A stretch of 64,000 nucleotides of DNA from assembly GCA_951406725.2 (NCBI GenBank), contig OX597816.1:81034001-81098000 (forward strand). Direction: 5' to 3'. Shown here piece by piece: positions 54,252 to 64,000 of the stretch. Numbering within the stretch: position 1 is the first letter of the stretch; every line of letters begins with the position of its first letter. Source of the stretch: Octopus vulgaris (Eukaryota). The notes under the pieces were generated by a model that saw only the letters and a list, made by a program, of their open reading frames with translations, made no database searches and had not been told where the DNA came from. Both the position numbers and the translations under genes were made by a program.

Positions 54252-54635
54252 CAGAGGTTCTTAACGTGGGCGGTGTCGAAGGGGGGCGGTGAAAGGGTGG
54301 TGAAGTAACATAATTAACATACTAAATTTTGCCTATAATAATAAATATATTATGCATGGTAAAATTAGTAATGATTAGTAAAATAAAATAAACTCAACAG
54401 ACACAAGGAAGTCATTAACTTGCAATGTATAAAGCAAATTTACAACTCTTGTCTTTATCAATTTTTTAATCGTTTTACTGTTAAAAGCTTATACAATCCA
54501 ATTTTAAAGTACAATTTATAAATTACCATCTATGTTAAGTTAGTTTAATCGTGATACCTCACTCGCAACGTAGCCGGGTGCTAGGCATAGCAACTATTAA
54601 AGGAAGGCGCTACAGTAAAAGCTTAAAAACCACTA
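54252..54635. mobile_element. hAT (Charlie-like) MITE, decayed
   Basis: Left end CAGAGGTTCTTAACGTGGG and right end AAGCTTAAAAACCACTA are imperfect inverted repeats of the CAGTGGTTCTCAA type. The 8-bp flanks CATTAAAG / CATTTGCA match only partly. Confidence 0.5.
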
Positions 54636-56239
54636 CATTTGCAAAAGACCCAACGGAGGAATTTATAACTTGTTGATCGATCTGATTGAGAAGAACCAAA
54701 TCTATACCGACTTAAGAACAGTCTAAATAATGTGTACCTGGCTACGTTGTACATTAGAAAAGGACAGGGTGGTCACAGCTACTAGCAATCAAAACTTTTT
54801 TCTTCTTGAATTGGAGAAAGAAGTAATCCTGTAGTCTTTGTAGAACCTCCGAGACTGGTGCTATTAACGTCCCGTTTAAAGAGTTCCAGGTCATGATCTG
54901 CAAGAAAGACATGAACATGGAGAAAGAAGATTCCTTAAGGTTCATGTTCTGGGAAGGACTAAACACTGTGGTTAGTGCAAGGCAGAGGGTTTTGAACGCA
55001 TCAAGAGTGATAAATGGTGAAAGATGAGAGGTTGCCTGAATTTGTAGAGCTACGAGACCAGCCAGTTCGAAACAGCTGAACCCATTAAAGGACACGAGCG
55101 ACCTACAACAAATAACAGCGAAATTTCCTTCAAACTATGTCCTACGGTCTTAGATAGGTGAATTAATATATTCGGTATGATTCTGAACACACACTGTTGG
55201 GATAGTCACTATTGGAACGACCTTGATCACGATCGTAGGTCTGCTCATTTAAAGCTGATGTAAGACCGAGTAAACTATAACAGCAACAATGCATAAGTCA
55301 GGTAACATTAAAAAAACGCTGTGACAATGAGAAACTTAACGAGCATGGATGAAAGTAAAAATTGGGAAATTCGGAGAGTGATACATGCAGAGATTAATTT
55401 CGAAAATGATAAATAGATTAGAAGCTTGAGAAAGAAGATTGAGAAAGTTTCTGTGAGATTCACACCATACGGAAATTAAAAATACTACTTCAATGACTGC
55501 TTTACACCATTATAATGTAGTAGCAGGAAAAAAGATGTCAGTAATTGCAGATGGCAAAAGAGTAGAGATGATTAAAGTTAAATCAGATCATATGTGTGCG
55601 AGTGCGGGTGTATGTTAGTCTGTATGTATGTGTTTAGGTGTCTGCGTGAATACATCATTATAATTGAGTAAATATTCGCTCTCTCTTTCTCTTTCTCCCT
55701 CGCTCTCACATACACACATACACACACATAATGGCTTTTTTTCTTTTCCTATTTCTCAGAGTTAAGGATCATGATGGGAGATTCTAATCAAGGATCAGTT
55801 AGGAAACAAAGCAAAGGTTATTATTATCTTAGCACCCAAATTCATTTGGGAAAGGAAACAACTCGGAAACGAGTGAAGGAGTGCGGAAAAATGAAAGAAA
55901 TATGAAAGCAACGTGACATGTTGGGTCTTCGTGTGACAATTGTAGAATGACAGACAAAATGACAACAGGATAAACGTAACTGGCTGTGTGCAGTGATATT
56001 TGTGTGAATACGATCAATTTACGTTGTTGCATATGATTATCTGTTTGTTTCTCTGAGGGACAAGGCGTCTTTGAGTGGAATTTTGAAGCAAAACACTAAA
56101 AAAAAAACAATTCTCTATCCTACAACATTCCTTCCCTTATCCGCTGGTAATAATGACCAAAAGACCATGGGAAAGAAAAATACGATCACCGCTATTCTTC
56201 TATTGTTCCTTGAAACTTTATTATCATTACTTGATTGGC

Positions 56240-56450
56240 AAGATGGCGAGCTGACAGAATCGTTAGCATACAAGGAAAAATGCTTAGCGGCATTTCGTCC
56301 GTCCTTACGTTCTGAGTTCAAATTCCAGCGAGGTTGATTTAGCCTTTCATCCTTTCGGAGTCGATGAAGTACTAAAATCAATTTATTTGACTAGCTTATC
56401 TGAGTTTAAATTCCGCTGCAGTCATACTTTCCGGGTCGATAAAATAAAGC
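56240..56450 (+). mobile_element. SINE family A with a partial tandem second copy
   Basis: GATGGCGAGCTGACAGAATCGTTAGC..TTCTGAGTTCAAATTCC..GCCTTTCATCCTTTCGGAGTCGAT, then again TGAGTTTAAATTCCGC..CCGGGTCGATAAAATAA. Confidence 0.8.
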
Positions 56451-56749
56451 ATCGCTTAAGTTCTTCTGAGCACGATGGTATCCAATAATGATAGAAAGGG
56501 TTAATGTAACTGATAAGCAAAGTGAAATGCTCTCTGAAACAACCATAATCACCAAGGCAGATGAAAATCAAATAGATGAAGAAAGTCACACAGAAATTGA
56601 CCCAACAGAAGTAGATGATCTAAAAAAATCAAATGATTGAATGGCTAAAAATTAAAGAAATCAGTATAAATGAACGTGACTATCTCCCAAACATTCGCAA
56701 CTCCAACCGAAACCTGAAGGTAAGTGATAAAATCCGCCTGACACTTAAG

Positions 56750-56850
56750 CAGTGATTCCCAAAGTGGGCAGTTCTACCCCCTTGGGGCAGTGGAAAGATC
56801 CAAAGATGTTGAAGAGAAGTGGAATGATAATGGGGTGGGCAAAATGTGGT
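56750..56850 (+). mobile_element. Single hAT-like terminus
   Basis: CAGTGATTCCCAAAGTGGGC...CCCCTTGGGGC resembles the left end at 54252. No partner TIR was seen. Confidence 0.45.
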
Positions 56851-56869
56851 GATAGATGTAAAAAAAATG

Positions 56870-58947
56870 TTAATAGATCAATTCACTAATGAGCAAAAAG
56901 GATGCAAACGTGGGTCATATGGTTGTAAAGATCTGCTACTCATCAATAAGATGATCTTGGAAGATTGTCACAAACGACCAAACGACACAAAAACTTGTCG
57001 AAAGCCAGGGCAGACTATAAAAAAGCGTTTCATAGTCTATCACATAGCTGGATTAAGAAATGTCTGGAAATGTATAAAATAGCACCTACTCCGCAAAACG
57101 TCTTGTTTGTAAGTTTGAGATCATGGAAAACCACACTGACTTTGAACAGTGACAATGAATCTCGCAATGCTGGTGATATAAGAATTTCAGGTGGCATTTT
57201 CCAAGATGAATCTCTATCACCGTTCCTCTTTTGTCTAGCCTTAATACTTCTCTCGAAATTGCTCGATGATGTGCAATGGCTATAAAATATTTGATAAAAA
57301 TATAAATCATCTCATTTACATGGATGATTTAAGGCTCTTTACAAAAAGAATTACCAACAACTGCAGTACTTACTAGCAATTGTTAAACAATTCAATGATG
57401 ACATTAGGATGCTATTTCGCCTCTATAAATGCGCAGAAGCTACCTTTATCAAAGGAAAAATGACAGAAACATCCAACGTTAATCTTGACCAGTAGAATGT
57501 CATAAAAAAGTTAGAACCAGCGGGGAGCTACAAATACATAGGAGTATTTGAAAGTGATGGAATCAAACATTCAATGATGAGGCAAAGGATCGGAAGCGAA
57601 TGTTATCGCAGGGTAAGAGTTAATACTCAAGATTGAAGCGATCAATACTTTAGCCATACCGGTCGTGACTTACAGCTTCAATATCATTAACTGGTCAATT
57701 ATTGAAATATGTAGTCTTGACAGAAAAATATGAAAATTGTTAACAATGTATAGAATTCACCACCCTAAGGCAGATATAAAACGACTTTACCTGCCAAGAA
57801 AAGAAAGTGGCCGTGTACTTTTACAACTGCAGTTAATAATGAAAATTGCCACAATTGGCCTAAACACCAAGCTGAAAAACTCTGATGACCGGATGTTAAA
57901 ACTTGTCTTAAATCTTGAAAACAAGAAAACATGATACTCAATAATAAAACAAGCAAAGGAATATCTAAGTGAATTCCAAATACAACAAATCCCAGAATTA
58001 GAGGTAGTGGAAACAAGCACAGAAAAAGCTAAGCGTATGAAAACTCGTACTAAAACTGCTGCCTTAGATATTCTTACTGATAAATGGCAAGAAAAAACCT
58101 TTCAATGGCAAATACCCATAGAGAGCTAATAATGCCGATGTTGACAAAACACTTACCCATCAATGGTTAGTGTCTTCTTGTTTAAAATCAGAAACAGAAG
58201 TGTTTATCATAGCAGCCCAAGATCAATGCCTACCTACAAGGAGGTACCAGGCCAATATATTAAAGAACAGCAGTAGCCCAACAAAATGAAACCATTGATC
58301 ATGTTATCTCCATGTGCAGACTTCTTGCGCCTACAAAGTATCTCAACAGGCATGATAGAGCAGCACAGTATATTCACTGGGTTATTTACAAAAACCTAGG
58401 GCTGCCCCATAATAAAAATTGGTAGGAACACAAACCACCCGCAGTGCTTGAAAATGATCACATCTCACTAATGTGGGCTTTCAGCGTTCAAACTGACAGA
58501 AAGATTGATGCGAATAGGCCAGATATTATATTGAAAGACTTCAGACAAAAAATCCTGCCTCTTCATTGATATAACTGTCTCAATCGACATAAACGTATCA
58601 GTCAGAACCTACCAAAAACTGAGCAAGTATAAAGATCTTGAAATAGAAATTGACAAAATGTGGAACCTCAAGACTAAAACAATACCTATTGTCACAGATG
58701 CCCTAGAAAAGATAGCAAAAGAAGTTGATTCCTACATAGCTCAGATTCCAGGAAACCCCAAAATGGTAGAAATTCAAAAGATACTGTTTTTGTAATTTCA
58801 AATTTTAAAACAAACTTATAATTTTCTTATGTTTTCTTAAACACCCTACGCATAACACCAGCTTGAACTTCTAACTTGTTGTCTCTTGAGGTCTCTGGGT
58901 GAGACTTGGATTCAACTTGTACAAATACAAAGTAAAAGTCAAACATA
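56870..58947 (+). mobile_element. R4/Dong-clade non-LTR retrotransposon (RT plus restriction-like endonuclease), frameshifted pseudogene
   Basis: EQKGCKRGSYGCKDLLLINKMI; DYKKAFHSLSHSWI; GIFQDESLSPFLFCLAL; HLIYMDDL (YMDD 57317-57328); HHPKADIKRLYLPRKESGR; KSETEVFIIAAQDQCL; ETIDHVISMC; RHD (58348-58356); NRPDII (RPD 58516-58524); KLSKYKDLEIEI. The 3' UTR ends in (TAA)n from 58948. Confidence 0.95.
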
Positions 58948-58974
58948 TAATAATAATAATAATTATTATTATTA

Positions 58975-59026
<52 letters not shown>

Positions 59027-59040
59027 CATCATCATCATCA
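58948..59040. repeat. (TAA)n(TTA)n(TCA)n tract
   Basis: Lies between the Dong 3' end and the tail of an oppositely oriented SINE. Confidence 0.95.
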
Positions 59041-59044
59041 TAAT

Positions 59045-59251
59045 CCTTTCTACTAAAGGCCAGAAATTTTAAGGGAGGGGCCTAGTCGATTACATCGGTC
59101 CAGTGTTTCACTAGTGCTTAATTTATCGACCCTCGAAAGAATGAAAAGCAAAGTCGACTTCGGTGGTATTTGAACTCAGAATGTAACGAAGGGCGAAATA
59201 CCGCTAAGCATTTTGCCCGGCGTACTAATGCTTTTACTAACTCGCTGCCTT
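59045..59251 (-). mobile_element. SINE family A (second tail type)
   Basis: CTTTCTACT..GTCGATTACATCG..GCAAAGTCGAC..TTTGAACTCAGAA..GCTAAGCATTTTGCCCGGCG..CTCGCTGCCTT. Confidence 0.85.
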
Positions 59252-59769
59252 AACAATAATAATAATAATCATACATACATGCATGTGTGTTAGTGTGTGT
59301 GAGTGTGTGTGTGTGCATGTGTAAAGGAGATACAGATAGGAGACTTCCTGTTGTAAGGCAGATGCAAAGTAAAATAAAAAATAAATAATGGAAGAATGTT
59401 TGGAAAGGAAATAAAAATAAACCTTATCTCCCCAAAAGACATATCTCTTTAGAATTAATTAAACAAAACTGATGAGCTACTTAATAAGATGTGAACCATG
59501 TGCCTGGTGAGGAAATCTTATCCAGCTGCTGCTCAGTAGAAATATACAAACATCAACATTAAAAATATATATATATAGTATAAGACATTAGCGCAGGATG
59601 CCTCTAAGATAACAATTAGTACCCGATATCATCATTACCATCATTATTGTCATATCATTATCATTATCATCATCGTCATCAATATTAACCACCACACAAC
59701 CACCACCAAATCGTCATTTGCATCATCTTCACCACTACCATCATCATTAATGTGCTATCATCATCATCA

Positions 59770-59815
<46 letters not shown>

Positions 59816-60087
59816 ATTATGGATATAATATACATTTTCGGTTATATTTTCTTTTTATTTACTATCCTACCATTATAAAAGATCGTTGGCAGAAAATAAC
59901 TAAGAGTATGAGCTGTTCCAAGGAGAGAGGTTTTCTGGAGCCCTTACATGTCTGTCTTGATATCCAACTGTGCCAGGGAGTACAATACGCTTTTGCTGAG
60001 ATTTTTATTTGTTTTTCTTTTAATTGACCTGATCAATGTAATTGTCTCGCTTCGTCAACTTGCCCAAATTGCAGGCCCTGTGCTAAA

Positions 60088-60129
<42 letters not shown>

Positions 60130-60134
60130 GTTAT

Positions 60135-60468
60135 TCCAAGTTTTGGCACAAGGTCAGCAATTTTAGGGGAAGGCGTAAGTCGATTACATCGACCCCAGTG
60201 CTCAACTGGTACTTATTTAATCGAACCCGAAAGGACTGAAAGGTGAATCAACCTCCGCTCAATTTGGACTCAGAACGTAAAGACGGACTAAATACCGCTA
60301 AGCATTTTGCCCGACGGCATTTCGTCACTTCAAGTTCTGAGTTCAAATTCCGTTGAAGCAGAGAAGGTCTTTCATCCTTTCGGGGTCGATAAAACAAGTA
60401 CCAGTAGAGTACTGGAGTCGATATAATCGAGTAGCCCTTCGTGCAAAATTTCAGGCCTTGTGATTATT

Positions 60469-60511
<43 letters not shown>

Positions 60512-60618
60512 CAGCAGCAGCAGTGGTAGCAGTAGCAGCAGCAACAGCATTAGTAGTAGCAGTAGTAGTAGCAGCAGCAGCAGCAGTGGTAGCAGTAGCA
60601 GCAGCAACCTCAGTAGTG

Positions 60619-60661
<43 letters not shown>

Positions 60662-61300
60662 CAGCAGTAGCAGCAGCAGCAGCAGCAGTAGTAGCAGCAG
60701 CAGCAGTAGTAGTAGTCATGAATATTCAGAACTAAAAATTTCGGCCAGGTCAACTCTTCCTTTCATCTCTGTGGTCAATAAAATAAAATACCAACCAAGT
60801 ACTGAGGTCGATATTATCGACTTAATCTTCGCAAACCCCATGTTTCAGGACCTCTATCTCTGCTAGAAACAATTATTAGAAAGGAATATCGGCAGCATGG
60901 TCTGGCTGGGGTCAACTTTACCTTTCATCCTTCTTGTGGGAAGGGCAGCATTCAATAAAATAAGCACCAGTCAAGTAATGAAGTCGATATTGACTGTTAC
61001 TTCCCTAAAAATATGGTGGCCTTTTTTTCCTATGTTAGAAATCATTTGCTTTGTAATTATTTTTATAATGGTAGCGGACTGACAGAATCGTTAACACATC
61101 GGATAAAACGCTTTGTGATATTTGTTCTGGCTTTTTAAGTCTGAGTTCAAATTCCGCCGAGGCTAACTTTGTCTTTCATCCTTCTGAAGTCGAAAACATA
61201 ATCTACTAGTCAAGTATTGCACTCGATAAAATAAACAACTAATCAACTAATTTTAGTGGCCAACCCTTCCCTTTCCACGTGTGATCTTCAGCCTATTTAA
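60135..61300. mobile_element. Cluster of about five SINE family A copies: one minus (60135-60315), then plus copies at ~60316-60462, 60725-60870, 60905-61040 and 61070-61300, interrupted by (GTA/GCA)n at 60468-60716
   Basis: Repeated GAGTTCAAATTCC, CTTTCATCCTT, GTCGATAAAA and ATTTCAGG motifs. Confidence 0.78.
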
Positions 61301-61614
61301 GAAATTAGTATTATTTATAATATCACTAGAGACGTAAGATCCGGACTAAATGTTTTACGTACAAACCCAATTAAAATCAATTTTGATCTTTTTATACTTT
61401 CGTGGTTGATCAAATAACTATCAGTAAAACACAATGTTAAGCTCAATTGACTATTTTCATCTGCTCTGTATTAATAGAGAACTGTGCCAAAGAAAGAAAT
61501 TGATACCTATACACAAAACAAATGTTGGCAGTTGACGAGTACAGTTGTTTGATTCCATCGCTGCATCTTACTGGTAGTTATTTTGCCAGCTCTGTAAAGA
61601 TAGTTTATGAATAC

Positions 61615-61880
61615 GGAACATCTTTCGGATGAGATGGTAACACAGACAAATAAAACCTTGTGGGAACAAGCGAGCCAGCAAACTATCGAAATTTAGATCA
61701 AGAAGAGGAAACGGAGAATCGTGATGGAGCAAAAGCAACACAGAAAAAGTTCACAGAAACTGAAGCACTGGCATGCGACTATATATAGAAACAACTGCAT
61801 TTCATTGCCAAAGATCGCGACAGATGGTGCTCTCTCGTGGGCGTCTTATCTTCTATATGGAGACAATAGAATTAAAGAAA
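61615..61880 (+). mobile_element. Decayed 3' end of an RTE-like LINE
   Basis: NKTLWEQASQQTIEI*IKKRK...KQLHFIAKDRDRWCSLVGVLSS (cf. LW.RT.Q.PIE.EI..RKW and AQDR..WR.LV..LCS), followed by a GAA/GAAA tail. Confidence 0.6.
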
Positions 61881-62797
61881 GAAGAAAGAAGTAGAAATGA
61901 GATAGTTGATACAAAGGGAATTTTAGAATGTAAAGTCTAGGAAACGCATGGTTTAAACGCTGTAAAATATTTTATTCAGTATCTGTACAGATTCTGCCAA
62001 TTTTGCTGTAATTCTATTCCTTACATCGTTTTAACATATAATCGATTAACCACTATATGTCGGCGTATGCAGTATGGTTCTCAGTTCTGTGGCACTATGA
62101 TGTATATATGGGACAAAAGTTCTATATTGTCATTCGACTGATTATATATGTACCATAGGTCAGAACTGGCCCCGGTTACACAACAACAATTACAACAACG
62201 CTATTAAAACAAAAGTCTGGCTTAGACAACCTATAATGCAAAATAGAAAATGGACTGGTAGCTGTAGATATCAAGCCGTCATAACAAATTCCATATTACC
62301 AACGAGACTGAGCAGATACGACAGAAAGTGACGGGAGCAGGTTAGAGGACAAGGAGCGAGCGAGACAAGGAAGGTAGCCATCATTTTCACTGCATATTTC
62401 TGTCATAGAAATCCTCTCATGTGAGAAATATATTCTTATAACTTGGAATTCTGGAGAAGATTTATTATTGAATTTCGCAGATTTAGGAAGTAGGAACAAA
62501 ACGTGTGTTTACCACCGTAGTAGTATATTAATAGTTATCTCTGTAGGTTGATAATGGAATCAGATCATGCGCACAATAATGGTGAAGAGCGCTACATACG
62601 CACAAACACATACATAGCATATATATATGAGCAGTGAAAGCGTCTGCGTGCAAGTGTAAATATTCGAAAGGAGTTTTATATAAAATATGTGCATATTAAC
62701 TATGTCTATGTGTTACAACACATAGACATACTCACACACACACATATGTATGTATATACATATATATATATATATACATGTATATATATATATATGC

Positions 62798-62846
<49 letters not shown>

Positions 62847-62856
62847 AACATGTATA

Positions 62857-62916
<60 letters not shown>

Positions 62917-62919
62917 TGT

Positions 62920-63072
62920 GTGGATGTGTTGTAAGAAGCTTGCTTCCCAACCACATGGTTCCGGGTTCATTACTACTGCATGGCACCTTGAACAAGTGTC
63001 TTCTACTATAGCCTCATGCCGACCAAAGCCTTGTAAGTGGATTTGGTAGTCGGAAACTCAAAGAAGACCGTC

Positions 63073-63125
<53 letters not shown>

Positions 63126-63219
63126 CTAAATTATAATTTTAATAATAATTATTACCTTTGAAGGTTTTTATTCCCATGCTGGCCACCTGATAAGATCCGT
63201 ATTTACAAAACGATCTTAT

Positions 63220-63258
<39 letters not shown>

Positions 63259-63480
63259 CATCCATACATGTATGTTAGTGTCCGTGTTTGTCCCCACGCC
63301 ATCTCTTGACAGCCGATGGTGGTGTGTGTTTGTCCTCGCAACTTAACGGTTTGGCAAAAATACCCGATGGAATAAATACTAGACTTACATAGAATAAGTC
63401 CAGTGATCGATTTGTTCGACTAAAACCCTTTAAGGCGGTGTTCCAGCATGGCTGCAGTCAAATGACTGAAACAAGTAAAA
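62920..63480 (+). mobile_element. Full-length SINE family C with a ~100 bp insert in its internal (TA)n
   Basis: GTAAGAAGCTTGCTTCCCAACCACATGGTTCCGGGTTCA head through the TGACTGAAACAAGTAAAA tail. Foreign segment at 63124-63222. Confidence 0.88.
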
Positions 63481-63770
63481 TTATAACAGAATAAAATAAT
63501 ATATAAACATGTATATAAATGTGTGTGTACGCGCGCGTGTGCGTACACACACGCACGTATATATCTTTCACTTTTTGAGGGATTGTACAGCGGCCATACT
63601 GGAGTTTTAGTCGAATGACTCGATTCTTGTACTTTTTTTATTAAGTTTGGTTCTCATTCTAACGGTTTTTAGCTGAACCGCTAAGTTACGAAGATCAAGC
63701 GCGCACTCACACATATACATTTATATATGAGAAGCCCCTGTGGTTGAAAATTAACTTTTTAACCATACAG

Positions 63771-63818
<48 letters not shown>

Positions 63819-64000
63819 CGATTTACAAACAAGAGAAATAGGACTCGCTATGTAGAAATGAAAATTATTTCCTATTTAGCTGTGAAGCAACACATCACTA
63901 ACAGCTTTACAGTTTAATGGTAGGCATTTAGGCTTAACAGAATCAGTTTAGTTTTGTCTTATAAATGCTGCACATGAAAATCTAAACTGGTTTAGTTTTA

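Noticed and set aside
54800-55040. Possible L1/Tx1 3' coding remnant
   Set aside because: Only a vague resemblance (..ARQRVLN...ER*..) and no diagnostic motif.
60135-61300. Regularly recurring motifs suggestive of a CRISPR-like array
   Set aside because: The units are decayed SINE copies of variable length and orientation in eukaryotic DNA, with no constant repeat-spacer period and no cas genes.

Overview
AT-rich, microsatellite-saturated eukaryotic DNA with no identifiable intact host protein-coding gene. It is probably intronic or intergenic. The SINE repertoire and repeat density look like an octopus (coleoid cephalopod) genome; this is inference from recalled repeat families, not a database match. 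Most ORFs in the track are translated microsatellites. The real content is transposable-element fossils: several tRNA-derived SINE families in many copies, a deleted mariner, a mariner-type MITE, a second highly decayed Tc1/mariner transposase, R4/Dong-type non-LTR retrotransposons, an RTE-like 3' fragment, hAT-like ends, a Helentron-type (HINE/DINE-like) element and a Helitron-like 3' end. The most striking feature is a perfect 2 x 164 bp fold-back (35338-35667) inside a (TA)n tract. It carries a minimal type I hammerhead ribozyme on each strand, the signature of a Penelope-like element terminal repeat. A second oddity is a direct-plus-inverted duplication (A-B...B'-A) at 8.6-10.4 kb. All coordinates were read by eye, and the boundaries of decayed elements are approximate.
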